The notes beneath the pieces were generated by a model that was not told where the DNA came from, did not search any database, and was given only the letters and a program-made list of their open reading frames with translations. A program made the translations under genes and the position numbers. DNA of 64,000 bases from Myxococcota bacterium. Lineage in GTDB: Bacteria; Myxococcota; Myxococcia; Myxococcales; Myxococcaceae. This document shows, one piece after another, positions 18,101 through 27,290 of the stretch; the first letter of the stretch is position 1; each line of letters begins with the position of its first letter. The stretch spans positions 62,001 to 126,000 of the forward strand of contig JBMORE010000022.1 of the NCBI GenBank assembly GCA_049322255.1, written 5' to 3'.

Positions 18101-18612
18101 CCACCGAGGTCGAGATTCAGTTCATCGCCGGCCGGGGAAGCATTGTCTTGACCGACCCGGTGAATGAGACGGTCACCGTGAACATGGTCGACAGCCGTTC
18201 CACCGGGCTGACCATGCCGGCTGCGGCGTCGGTGACGTTCACCAACTACATCTGCCACAGCACCGGTTGGTACGGACGGGTGTGGAGCGACTCCACCCCC
18301 ACGGGCACGCACAACGCGACGCAGGCGGTTCGTGCTTGCGAAACGGTGTACGGCGTCGGCCGATGCGCGGAGGACGGCCGGTCTGCCTATCGCACCGGGT
18401 TCATCAACACCTGCGAGAGCATTACCGAGTGGCACTTCGTTTCGTACACCAAGTTCGGGGGCACTGGGTGTGGCGCTCGCACCGATGCGGCGACGGTTGG
18501 GTATTCGACCGAGTACCACAACTACTCAGCCGTGCCGTTTTGCGGCTGCGGCGGCAACCCCCCGAGTCGATCGGAGTGGGACCATACACACGGCACCATT
18601 CCGTGGAACTAG
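15145..18612 (+). CDS. Large lipoprotein with tandem PKD/REJ and Ig-like domains, Cys-rich C-terminus (adhesin-like)
   Basis: LG-C lipobox; repeated P.ANAG..V.LDGS.S.D.....LTY.W units. Confidence 0.8.
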   Translation: MSKSLSAGVLLLGAVVGLGCASSPPPSDPPTANAGSPKAVAVGDRVILDGSGSADAKNRALSYQWSLTAVPAGSQAELEGADRVNPSFVADVPGTFEARLVVVAGGLASAPATVTVTSTAADPVARVMDVAGQPGETLVLDGTASTSPSGKPLTFKWSVTDPKGANVSLLNQSSAQPSFRADVIGAYAITLVVNDGQKDSAPASATASVEWGLTRPVANAGPDLAVNVDDDVLLDASGSYTRNYVDGEPRPLTYQWTLSTTPIGSTATLPAGGVTVTLKPDLAGTYVVKLVVNDGLLSSEPDTVVLTVTDTNQPPVANAGPSVTVGRNTVATLNGNASFDPEGGMLTYQWTLYSAPSGSTATLANDNTASPTLTPDVFGAYRIKLVVTDAKGLSSAPSLASVFAVNNAPTAVIAGSAPIAGWVNNDVTLDATGSTDTEGDPLTYNWNVFSAPPGGGFGFTGVPQNGQIRFRGQNPGDYVIQVTVSDSAGNQATASTTVRLSRANALTIVSGNNQSAQVDSSLGAALVVRATNGAANVPGAQLVWNIAGGAMLSAAGTTDGSGSAQAYVRVGKITGAGTLKVWLAADPSVSATFNFTATAGTVTSIAVDAAPGDVINGAKVVVRTVDAFGNFATDGASASSTFGLTVTGAGAPSFASSPTRGTLVSGGGTANIVGTLSQGEFEIVLNGNVTTLLNLTLQSGGAATPVGFASWVTGAFDDAEDGTGGWTLQNGSPAWAAKVGTSTAVSGKRSFGLEQTVPDLLNNGYSAMTRQVSPTNNVQAARLSFSHRLSFSSGSDTQAQCSAHPLAFVQAKSCNSYFCGSRGLTPQGGWGVLAACDGNNGRQGFLANTNFSTVEVDLTDAVRAGFRWVSFAQTNVPNPATPVTAGSWYVDDVRARYLTLPGVQAVTAVPLLPGPGATVDLPSVLAPQVIYNQCVNTRINPLANARILDAKGNVAREYDAILKFTWNGSATLVAVTNGAMVGGPGTTEVEIQFIAGRGSIVLTDPVNETVTVNMVDSRSTGLTMPAAASVTFTNYICHSTGWYGRVWSDSTPTGTHNATQAVRACETVYGVGRCAEDGRSAYRTGFINTCESITEWHFVSYTKFGGTGCGARTDAATVGYSTEYHNYSAVPFCGCGGNPPSRSEWDHTHGTIPWN

Positions 18613-18657
18613 GGCGAAGGTCGCAACCTTCTTGGCATTCGGCGGCAGAGGTGAACC

Positions 18658-20517
18658 ATGAACGCTAGGGGTGTGCTTGCCTACGGGCTCATTTGTCTGG
18701 CTGCGTCGGCGTGGGCAGAGGAAGGTGTCGTCGGCGTTGCGGCGGTCGCGCCGGCGCCCAGCCGGGGATGGTTGGGGCGCTCGCTTCTGGGAGGGAGCGG
18801 GCTGCCGCACGTCCGCTCTGCGAGCCTGCTTGGGCGGACGGTGTCCTTTTCCGCCCACGGTGGCTACTTCCGCCAAGAGGGGTTCACGACGGAAGACAGC
18901 GCCGATCAGCACTACCAGCTGACGGTGGGTGGGGCCTTCGCTCCCACCGACTGGTTGGAGATCTCCGCCGCCAGCAAATCGGCCAACCATCTCTCGGGAA
19001 GTGAGCGCGCGGTGGCGCTCAACGACTTCCACCTGCGGGTGAAGGGGGGAACGCGCCTGGCCGACGACGCGGTGGCCATCGCCGCCGAGCTGGGGCTGCG
19101 CGCGCCCCCTCCCACCGAAGGAGGAATTCCCTTCGCCGACTCGCTCTCCCCCTCCTTCGGGGCTCTGTTCACCTATGACTTCCAGGAGAGCGCGCCGCTG
19201 CGGCTGCACGCCAACGCGGGCTTCGTGCTCGATAACTCGCGGGTGCTCTCTGACGCCGGCCAGGCCGGGCGCCGCTTCGCCTTGGGGATCAGCGACTTCA
19301 ACCGCGTCGAGCTCGGCGCGGCGGTGGAGGGGCACTTCGCCGCCGGCAACGTGAAGCTCCTTCCTTTCCTCGAGTACGGGCTGGACATGCCCCTGGGAGC
19401 CTCCGCGGGAATGCCGATGCGCCTTTCCCCGGGCGTGCGGGTTTTGCCGTGGAAGGGTTTCTTCGTCGACGCCTCGGTCGATCTCGGTTTGACGCCCCAG
19501 CAATCTGCTGGGGTGTCGCCGGTGCCGGCTTTGATGGGGATGTTGGCGCTGGGCTACCACGCCACCCTCGACACTCCGGCGCGCGTGGTGCAGACGGAAA
19601 AGGTGGTCGAGGCGCAACCGAAGGCTGCTCCCAGCGGGGTGGTGAAGGGGGTGGTCAAGGAAGCCGCGAGCGGCAAGACCTTGGCCGACGCAGTGATTGC
19701 CCTTCCGGGAAGAAACCGCCTGCTGGCGGATGCCACTGGCGCCTTCATCGCCTCCGACGTCGCCCCCGGGCCGCTGGTGGTGCGGGCGGAGCTTGCGGGC
19801 TACAAGCCGGCGGAGGCGCAGACGACGGTGCTCTCCGGCAAGGAGGCACAGATCGAGCTCCTCCTGGCCGCGCTTCCCCCGCCCCCGCCGCTTCCGGCCA
19901 TTCTCAAGGGGACGGTGGTGAGCGAGAAGGACAAAAAGGTGATCGCCACCGTCGCGGTGCCCTCCGCCGCCATCGCACCCCAGAAGGTCGATCGCGGCGA
20001 GTTCCAGATGGAGTTGCCGTCCGGCGAGCACAACGTCGAGGTCGACGCCCAGGGTTTCTTGAAGCAGGGGCGGCGCATCGTCGCCCGCCCGGGAGAGACC
20101 ATCGTGGCGGACTTCGTCTTGCGCGAGGCCCCCAAGAAGCTCTTGGTGGTGCTGAAGAAGGAGAAGATCGAGATCAAAAAGCAGGTGCACTTCGCCACCA
20201 ACCTCGACGTCATTCTTCCCGATTCGGCGCAGCTTCTCGACCAGGTTGCCGCCACCATCCTCGAAAACCCGCAGCTGACGATGATTCGCATCGAAGGCCA
20301 CACCGACAGCCAGGGAGAGGACGCCTACAACATGGACCTCTCCGAGCGGCGCGCGCGCTCGGTGTACCGCGCCCTCTTGGAGCGAGGGGTGGACCCGGTG
20401 CGGCTCAAGTCGCAGGGCTTGGGAGAGACCAAGCCCATCGCCAGCAACAAGAACGCCAAGGGCCGTCAGCTCAACCGCCGGGTGGAGTTCATGATCGAGG
20501 CGCAGATCGACCGCTAA
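18658..20517 (+). CDS. OmpA-family protein: beta-barrel + carboxypeptidase-regulatory-like domains + OmpA_C
   Basis: IEGHTD..N..LSERRA..NRRVEF; signal peptide. Confidence 0.9.
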   Translation: MNARGVLAYGLICLAASAWAEEGVVGVAAVAPAPSRGWLGRSLLGGSGLPHVRSASLLGRTVSFSAHGGYFRQEGFTTEDSADQHYQLTVGGAFAPTDWLEISAASKSANHLSGSERAVALNDFHLRVKGGTRLADDAVAIAAELGLRAPPPTEGGIPFADSLSPSFGALFTYDFQESAPLRLHANAGFVLDNSRVLSDAGQAGRRFALGISDFNRVELGAAVEGHFAAGNVKLLPFLEYGLDMPLGASAGMPMRLSPGVRVLPWKGFFVDASVDLGLTPQQSAGVSPVPALMGMLALGYHATLDTPARVVQTEKVVEAQPKAAPSGVVKGVVKEAASGKTLADAVIALPGRNRLLADATGAFIASDVAPGPLVVRAELAGYKPAEAQTTVLSGKEAQIELLLAALPPPPPLPAILKGTVVSEKDKKVIATVAVPSAAIAPQKVDRGEFQMELPSGEHNVEVDAQGFLKQGRRIVARPGETIVADFVLREAPKKLLVVLKKEKIEIKKQVHFATNLDVILPDSAQLLDQVAATILENPQLTMIRIEGHTDSQGEDAYNMDLSERRARSVYRALLERGVDPVRLKSQGLGETKPIASNKNAKGRQLNRRVEFMIEAQIDR

Positions 20518-22046
20518 GACTGGGTGACCCGGACGGTGGTCTTCATCTCCTTGCCGCTCTCGGGGTCGCGCGCGTACATGGTGAGAATGCCCTCGACGTT
20601 GACGTCGAAGGTGACCTCCACCTGCACCTTGCCTGCCCGCTCGGCGCGGATGCCGGAGAAGGTGAATTCGCCCAAGAGCTCGTTTTTCGCCACCTCGTCG
20701 GCGTCGCCCTGGAAGATGCGCATCATCAGCTCGCCCTGGTTGTCGTAGCTGGTGGTGGCGGTGAGCTGCTTGGCGTTGGGAATGGGCGCGTTGCGCGGGA
20801 AGACGGTGTGGAAGCTGCCCCCGGCTTTCTCCAGCCCGATGGCCATGGGAATGACGTCGAGCAGCTGCAGACGCAAGTTGGTGTCGTCTTGCAGCGAGTG
20901 CGCGTAGAGCGCGGCGCCGATCGCCACCGCCTCGTCGGGGTGCACGGCCTTGGAGGGCGTTTTGCCGAAGAACTTGGTGAGGCGGTCTTGCACCACCGGC
21001 ATGCGGGTTTGCCCGCCCACCAACATCACCTCGTCGATGTCCTTGGTCGACAGGCCGGAGTCCACCAACACCTTGGCCACCATCTGTAAGGTGCGGTCCA
21101 CCAGCTGCGCGGTGAGCTTCTCCAAAAGCTTGCGGGAGAACTTCATCTCGATGTTCAGCGGTTGGCCCTGCGCCGTCATGGTGATGAAGGGGATGTTGAA
21201 GGGCGCCTCCTCGCGCGAGGAGAGGTCGATCTTGGTGCGCTCGGCGAGGTCTTTGATGCGCTGCATCGCCACCGGGTCGGTGGACAGGTCGATGCCGGTC
21301 TTGCCTGCGAAGTCCTTGAGCACGTGGTGGATCATCGCGTTGTCGAAGTCGATGCCACCCAGGAAGATGTCCCCGCCGGTGGCTTTGACCTCGAACACCT
21401 GGCCGCGAATCTCGATGATCGACACGTCGAAGGTGCCGCCCCCCAAGTCGTAAATGACGACCTTCTCGTTGAGCTTCCGGCCCACGCCGTACGCCAGCGC
21501 CGCCGCGGTGGGCTCGTTGATGATGCGCACCACCTCGAGGCCAATCAGCTTGCCGGCGTCCTTCACCGTCTGGCGTTGACGGTCGGTGAAGTAGGCAGGG
21601 ACGGTGACCACCGCCCGGTTCACCGGCACCCGAAGGTAGTTGGAGGCGACGTCGCGAATCTTGTTGAGAATGCGGGCGCTGATCTCCTGCATCGTGTGGC
21701 GCTTCTTGGCCACGTCGACCACCACGTCGTTCTTCTCGCCGGGGGCGATGTCGTAGGCCATCACCTTCTTCATCGAGTCGACGATTTCGCTGCGGAAGGA
21801 GCGCCCCACCAGGCGCTTGGCGCCGTAGACGGTGTTCCGGGGGTTGAGCTGCCACTGGCGCTTGGCCTCGTGGCCGATGAGCTCGTTGCCCTTGTCGTCG
21901 ATGGCGTAGATCGACGGCACGGTGTAATCGCCGCCTTTGTAGGGAATCAACTTGACCTGCGGAACGCCGTCTTTGTCTCCCTCGACGATGGCGGCGCACG
22001 AGTTGGTGGTGCCCAGGTCAATTCCGATGATCGGTTCCTTCTGCAT
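20514..22046 (-). CDS. Hsp70/DnaK family protein lacking the C-terminal lid
   Basis: GIDLGTTNS, TVPAYF, INEPTAAA, DLGGGTFDVS; only 510 aa. Confidence 0.9.
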   Translation of the reverse strand: MQKEPIIGIDLGTTNSCAAIVEGDKDGVPQVKLIPYKGGDYTVPSIYAIDDKGNELIGHEAKRQWQLNPRNTVYGAKRLVGRSFRSEIVDSMKKVMAYDIAPGEKNDVVVDVAKKRHTMQEISARILNKIRDVASNYLRVPVNRAVVTVPAYFTDRQRQTVKDAGKLIGLEVVRIINEPTAAALAYGVGRKLNEKVVIYDLGGGTFDVSIIEIRGQVFEVKATGGDIFLGGIDFDNAMIHHVLKDFAGKTGIDLSTDPVAMQRIKDLAERTKIDLSSREEAPFNIPFITMTAQGQPLNIEMKFSRKLLEKLTAQLVDRTLQMVAKVLVDSGLSTKDIDEVMLVGGQTRMPVVQDRLTKFFGKTPSKAVHPDEAVAIGAALYAHSLQDDTNLRLQLLDVIPMAIGLEKAGGSFHTVFPRNAPIPNAKQLTATTSYDNQGELMMRIFQGDADEVAKNELLGEFTFSGIRAERAGKVQVEVTFDVNVEGILTMYARDPESGKEMKTTVRVTQS

Positions 22047-22088
22047 GGACGGTTCGGCCCTTTGGTTTTTGAAATCGACGCTACTGAA

Positions 22089-24854
22089 TCATGGTTCGAC
22101 CCGCGAGTAACCATCGAGGTGCAACTGCAGCCCCCAAAGGTTGGCGCCGCCGAGGGTGAAAATTTCTTCCGCAGTCACAACGGAGGAAAGGTCGAGCGCG
22201 GTCAACTGAAGCTTCGCCGCCGTCTGCGTGGCCGGATCCACTCCTGGAACGGTCGGCCCCACGGGCACCTCGATGCTCGCCTGGTTGGCGGCGAGGGCGA
22301 AGTACACCACGTGGCGTCCCTCGGTGCCGGTCAACACCGCCCGCGCCAAGTCTGCCCCCGAGGAGTACACCGAGCTCCAGGCGGGCTGCCCGGGGCTCAA
22401 GGTGCGGGTGGAGGGTGTGTACGACGCGTCGCGCGGCAGGGGGAGGAAGGGAGGAAGCAGCGCCCGGGTGGGAAGCACCGCGCTCCGGGTGAGGCGAGCG
22501 GTGAGCCCGCCTGGGTTGCTCGCGCCGAAGGCGAGCGCCCAGATGCCGGTTTGGCCCAGCTCGAGGCCGCCGTAGGGTGCACCGCTGCGCATCAACACCG
22601 GCTCCACCGGCCGGGTGCCGCCTGTCCCCACGGGCCCGGCCAACCGCGAGGAGAAGCCCAGCGGCAACACGCCTGTTTGTGGTTGCACCTGCACCACCGA
22701 GACGACGACCGAGTCGAGGGTGCCGGGCAGGTCGGGAACCACCACCTCGGTGCGCACCGCCTGCTCGCGCTCGGGGGTGAAGGCGATCTGGGTGAAGCCG
22801 GCGTAGTCGGGCACGTCTTCGGTGCCTTGCGGGCACTTGGCGCTTTGCGCGCACAGCCCGTCGTTGTCGACGTCGGCGAAGTCGGCGACATAGGGGCGGT
22901 GGGTGATGGTGAGCGGCGGTTGGAGCGCGAAGGCCATCGCTCCGGTGTAGGCGAACAGCTCGGCCGAACGCAGCGCCAGCGCCCCCGAGAGGTCGGTGCG
23001 CCCGGCGAAGGCCGTCGCTGCCCGCACGCCCGCCTGCCCCAGTCCCAGCGAGCGGCCCTTGATCTCTTGGGGAATGGAGAAGCCCGGCGAGGTGAAGAGC
23101 ACCACGCTGCCCGGCACGGGGAAGGTTTGGCTCACCCCCGGCAGCTCCACCTGGAAAGTATCTCCCAGCCAGGTGCGCAGGTCGACCGCGGCCGGGTCGG
23201 AGGCGGAGAGCGCCGCGTACCCCGCCCAGTATTGCCCGGTGGAGCGCACGTTGGCGAAGGAGATGGACGCGTTGAACCCCGCCGCCCCGTGGACCGGGTT
23301 CTCGGTGAAGGGAAGAAAGACGTCGCGCGCCGCCGTGGCCACCACCGAGACGCGGTCGTAGCGGGGGTGCCCGTCTGCGCGCACCTCGGAGGAGACGGCG
23401 CTGAAGGTCGCGGTGGCGCCGCTGAAGGTGGGAAAGAGCGCCGCGCCGGTGGCGTCGGTGAGGACCTCCACCGGGGCAGAGCAGACGCCGCCCGCCAAGG
23501 GGGCCTCGCACCCTTGCACCTTCACTCCGGCCAGAGGAGCGCCGGTGGCCGCGTCGATGATCAGCACCCGCCTGCCCGCGCTCACCACAGGGTAAATGGT
23601 GATGGGCGCTTCCTTCGCCGGGACGAAGGCGCCGTTCACCGAGGCGCGCACCAACACCTGGCCGGGCGCGAGCGCCGTCACCCGACCGCTTGTGTCCACC
23701 GTCGCCGCCGCCGACGGCTGTCCTTGGGGGTCGACGATCTCGAAGGTCGCGGAGGCAAGTGGGTAGCTCGAGCCGTCGAGCCGGAAGGCGACGAGGGTGA
23801 AGGGGGCGGTGTCTCCCACCTCGAGGATGGCGCTGCGCGGCGCCAGGGCGAGGAGGTTGATGTCGGTGGGCAAGGGCGCTCCCGCACACGCTCCATCGGT
23901 GCAGGCTTGGCCGGAGGGACAGTCGGTCACTCCGCGGCAGGTTCCGGGCACGCAGACGGCGGCGACGCACAGCTGGCCGGGGGCGCAGTGGGAGGAAAGC
24001 GAGCAGGCCTTCGACGGCTGGCAGTGGGCGTCGGCGCAGAAGCCCGGTGGCGCTTGTGAGCCGGGCACAGGCGCGCAATCGGAGTCGATGAGACAGCGGG
24101 GAAGCTCCTGGCAGATGGACTGTGCGCAGTCGAACCCAGGTGGGCACGAAGCGGGCCCGAACTGGGCGCACGCGTGGTTTTTGGGGCACTGCGAGGTGGC
24201 GGTGCACACCTGGTGCTCGAGACAGCGACCGAAGGTGGCGCTGGTGCAGTACTGGCCCGAAGGGCAGTCGGCCAAGGTGGCGCAGTCGGCGACGGCGCAC
24301 AGCCCGTCTTTGCACAACAGGTCGGGAGCACCACAGGAAAGGTCGTTGAGGCAGCGCCGGTGACAGGTGCCCTGAAAGCACTGGTAGAGGGCGATCGCCA
24401 CCGCCGGCTCCAGCCCCGGCGCGCAGTCGCTCGAGAGCGTGCAGGGTGGAACGCACAGCCCTTGCACGAGCTCGCAGCGGCGCCCGGTGCCCGTGCAATC
24501 GTCGTCGCCGCGGCAGCGAGGGCGAGTGACGCAGGCTCCGTCCACACACGCCTGGTTGGCGGCGCAGGCGGCGTCTTCGGTACACGCACAACGCCCGTTT
24601 TGGCAGACGAAGCCCAAGGCGCAATCCTCGTCGGCGGCGCACTCGGGTCTTGCGGCGCAGGTGCCCTCCACGCACACCTGCTCGGTGCCGCACTCGGTGT
24701 CGGCCACGCAGCGAGGCCCGCAGGCGCCGTGGCGGCAACGCCCGTTCGGACAGTCGGCGTCGGTCGAGCAGGGGGCCGAGTTGACGCCCGGACAGCCAGC
24801 GAGCGCGAGGAGGGCAACGAGCGGAATGCTCGACAGCGTAAAGGTAAAGCGCAT
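22089..24854 (-). CDS. Cys-rich repeat lipoprotein with Ig-like domain
   Basis: Last 921 aa of the 2296-aa ORF; ATG 24854, LAG-C lipobox, many C..D.DC....C...C repeats. Confidence 0.8.
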   Translation of the reverse strand: MRFTFTLSSIPLVALLALAGCPGVNSAPCSTDADCPNGRCRHGACGPRCVADTECGTEQVCVEGTCAARPECAADEDCALGFVCQNGRCACTEDAACAANQACVDGACVTRPRCRGDDDCTGTGRRCELVQGLCVPPCTLSSDCAPGLEPAVAIALYQCFQGTCHRRCLNDLSCGAPDLLCKDGLCAVADCATLADCPSGQYCTSATFGRCLEHQVCTATSQCPKNHACAQFGPASCPPGFDCAQSICQELPRCLIDSDCAPVPGSQAPPGFCADAHCQPSKACSLSSHCAPGQLCVAAVCVPGTCRGVTDCPSGQACTDGACAGAPLPTDINLLALAPRSAILEVGDTAPFTLVAFRLDGSSYPLASATFEIVDPQGQPSAAATVDTSGRVTALAPGQVLVRASVNGAFVPAKEAPITIYPVVSAGRRVLIIDAATGAPLAGVKVQGCEAPLAGGVCSAPVEVLTDATGAALFPTFSGATATFSAVSSEVRADGHPRYDRVSVVATAARDVFLPFTENPVHGAAGFNASISFANVRSTGQYWAGYAALSASDPAAVDLRTWLGDTFQVELPGVSQTFPVPGSVVLFTSPGFSIPQEIKGRSLGLGQAGVRAATAFAGRTDLSGALALRSAELFAYTGAMAFALQPPLTITHRPYVADFADVDNDGLCAQSAKCPQGTEDVPDYAGFTQIAFTPEREQAVRTEVVVPDLPGTLDSVVVSVVQVQPQTGVLPLGFSSRLAGPVGTGGTRPVEPVLMRSGAPYGGLELGQTGIWALAFGASNPGGLTARLTRSAVLPTRALLPPFLPLPRDASYTPSTRTLSPGQPAWSSVYSSGADLARAVLTGTEGRHVVYFALAANQASIEVPVGPTVPGVDPATQTAAKLQLTALDLSSVVTAEEIFTLGGANLWGLQLHLDGYSRVEP

Positions 24855-24941
24855 GCTTTTGGGCCAGGCCGTGACGGCGGTAGGGCGCGTGTGGGTTAAT
24901 TGGCCTGCCAAAGAGGCACCAAAGCACAGGAGAGATCTCAA

Positions 24942-27164
24942 GTGGAAGCCAAGCGCTTTCTTCAGATGGTGGGCGAGGAGGTCTCCAGCGACTTCGTGAA
25001 GAAGCGCAGCATTCTCTCCTTCGAAGAGTACCTCGCGCTGTTTCTGCAGAACCCCAAGCAGCACGCGCGCAGCGCCGCGCACTACCTGCGCGACACCATG
25101 GACTATTTCGGCACCGAGGCGGTGCCGCACCCCGCGGGGCGCATTCGCCGCTTCAAGCTCTTCGACCACACCGACGGTGAGCGCGAAGGCCGGGTGGCGG
25201 GACAGGAGGAGGTGCAAAACGCCATCTACCGCATCCTCGCCAACTTCGTGCGCGCCGGGAGGGTGAACAAGCTCATCTTCCTCCACGGGCCCAACGGCTC
25301 GGCCAAGTCGTCGATCGTCGACGCCCTCAAGCGGGCGATGGAGATCTACTCCCGCACCCCCGAGGGCGCGCTCTACAAGGTCAACTGGGTCTTCCCCAGC
25401 GAAAAGCTGGTGAAGGGGTCGATTGGCTTTTCCGACAAGCTTTCCGCGCAGGGCGAGCTGGCCACCTACGCGCATCTCGACGCCGAGCAGATCGACGTGC
25501 GCCTCTCCTGCGAGATGAAAGACCACCCGTTGTTCCTCATCCCCAAGGACGAGCGAAAGAAGCTCCTCGCCCAGGCGATCAAGGACGGCAAGGAAGACTT
25601 CGTGGTCTCGGAGCACGTGCTCGACGGCGAGCTGTGCCACAAGTGCCGCGGCGTCTTTCAGGCGCTGCTCAACGCCAACGGGGGGGACTACCTCAAGGTC
25701 CTGCGCCACGCGCAGATCGAGCGCTTCTACATCGCGCGCCGCTACCAGATGGGAACGGTGACGGTGGAGCCGCAGCTCTCGGTGGACGCCGCCTACCAGC
25801 AGGTCACCGCCGATCGCTCGCAGCTCAACCTGCCCGCCGCGCTGCAGAACCTGGTGCTCTTCGAGCCGCGGGGCGCGCTGGTGTCGGCCAACCGCGGGCT
25901 CATCGAGTACGCCGACCTGCTCAAGCGGCCGCTGGAGGCGTTCAAGTACCTGCTGGGTGCCAGCGAGACGGCACAGGTGCCGCTCGAGCACTTCGTCCTC
26001 CAACTCGACCAGGTGCTGATCGCCTCCAGCAACGAGAAGCACCTCACCGCGTTCAAGGAGCTGCCCGACTTCGCCTCCTTCAAAGGGCGCATCGAGCTGG
26101 TGCGGGTGCCCTACCTGCGCCGTTACCGGATCGAAAAGGAGATTTACGACGCGCAGGTCACCTCCACCACCGTGGGCAGGCACGTGGCGCCCCACGCCAC
26201 CCAAGTCGCCGCCTTGTGGGCGGTGCTCACCCGGCTCAAGAAGCCGATTCCCGATCGCTACCTGGGCGACTTGAAGGAGATCGTCGACCGCCTCTCGCCG
26301 CTGGAGAAGCTGCGCCTGTACGAGGAGGACGTCACCCCCGACCGGCTGCCGCTGTCCGCCGCCAAGGAGCTCAAGAAACACGTCCAGGACGTCTACGAGG
26401 AGTCGGACGCCTACCCCAACTACGAAGGAAGGAGCGGCGCCTCGGCGCGGGAGATCAAGACCGCGCTCTTCAACGCCGCGCAAAGCCCCGACTTCAAGTG
26501 CCTGCATCCGCTGGCGGTGCTCGAGGAGCTCGAGGCCCTGTGCAAGGACAAGAGCATCTACGAGTTCCTCCAGCAGGAGGTGGTCGACGGCTACCACGAC
26601 CACGAGGAATTCGTGCGGGCGGCGGAGGGCGAGCTGCTCGAGTGGGTGGACGGCGAGGTGCGTGAGTCGATGGGGCTGGTCTCGGAGGCGCAGTACCAGG
26701 AGCTGTTCGAGCGCTACATCCAGCACGTGTCGCACTGGGTAAAGGGCGAGAAGCTGCGTAACCGCGTCACCGGCGAGATGGAGCGCCCCGACGAGCAACG
26801 CATGGCGGAGATGGAAGCCATTGTCATGCCCAAGGGCGAGGACGCGGGCGAGTTCCGCCGTGGGCTCATCTCCAGCATCGGCGCGCACAAGCTCGACCAC
26901 CCCGACGCCCAGATGGACTACGCGCGTATCTTCCCCGACGTCTTCCGCCACCTGCGCGACCACTTCTTCGAGGAGCGCAAGCGCGTCTTGCGCAAGAACA
27001 AGGAGAACATCCTCAAGTACCTCTCCGACGACCGTGGCTCCTTGACCGCCAAGGAGCAGGCGCAGGTGAAAGAAACGCTGGAGGCGATGGCCAAGCGCTA
27101 CGGTTACTGCGAGCACTGCGCCAAGGACACCATCCTCTTCCTCATGCGCCAGCGCTACGCCTAG
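24942..27164 (+). CDS. PrkA-family serine protein kinase / AAA+ protein
   Basis: LHGPNGSAKS, ANRGLIEY, GASARE, C-terminal YGYC..CA. Confidence 0.85.
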   Translation: MEAKRFLQMVGEEVSSDFVKKRSILSFEEYLALFLQNPKQHARSAAHYLRDTMDYFGTEAVPHPAGRIRRFKLFDHTDGEREGRVAGQEEVQNAIYRILANFVRAGRVNKLIFLHGPNGSAKSSIVDALKRAMEIYSRTPEGALYKVNWVFPSEKLVKGSIGFSDKLSAQGELATYAHLDAEQIDVRLSCEMKDHPLFLIPKDERKKLLAQAIKDGKEDFVVSEHVLDGELCHKCRGVFQALLNANGGDYLKVLRHAQIERFYIARRYQMGTVTVEPQLSVDAAYQQVTADRSQLNLPAALQNLVLFEPRGALVSANRGLIEYADLLKRPLEAFKYLLGASETAQVPLEHFVLQLDQVLIASSNEKHLTAFKELPDFASFKGRIELVRVPYLRRYRIEKEIYDAQVTSTTVGRHVAPHATQVAALWAVLTRLKKPIPDRYLGDLKEIVDRLSPLEKLRLYEEDVTPDRLPLSAAKELKKHVQDVYEESDAYPNYEGRSGASAREIKTALFNAAQSPDFKCLHPLAVLEELEALCKDKSIYEFLQQEVVDGYHDHEEFVRAAEGELLEWVDGEVRESMGLVSEAQYQELFERYIQHVSHWVKGEKLRNRVTGEMERPDEQRMAEMEAIVMPKGEDAGEFRRGLISSIGAHKLDHPDAQMDYARIFPDVFRHLRDHFFEERKRVLRKNKENILKYLSDDRGSLTAKEQAQVKETLEAMAKRYGYCEHCAKDTILFLMRQRYA

Positions 27165-27167
27165 GTT

Positions 27168-27188
27168 CCCTCTCCCAGAGGGAGAGGG
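27168..27188. repeat. REP-like palindrome copy 5 (hairpin only)
   Basis: CCCTCTCCC-aga-GGGAGAGGG just after the prkA-like stop. Confidence 0.85.
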
Positions 27189-27290
27189 AGGGACCCGGCG
27201 AGCGACTGCGCGGCCGCCGCTTCCTGGACAGAGGGCTTCTAGAAGATGCTGCGGTGTTTCGTCATCTTCCCCTCTCGTCAGGAGCGCTTC

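Noticed and set aside
15145..20517. Direct orthology to traA/traB
   Set aside because: The first gene lacks a MYXO-CTERM and TraA-type Cys repeats, and the second lacks TSP3 repeats; analogy only.
18526..21999. 1157-aa minus-strand ORF and similar long Arg/Gly/Pro-rich ORFs (e.g. 21162-24059, 46574-50002, 40667-42658)
   Set aside because: They overlap well-supported genes in other frames or strands and have no recognisable motifs.
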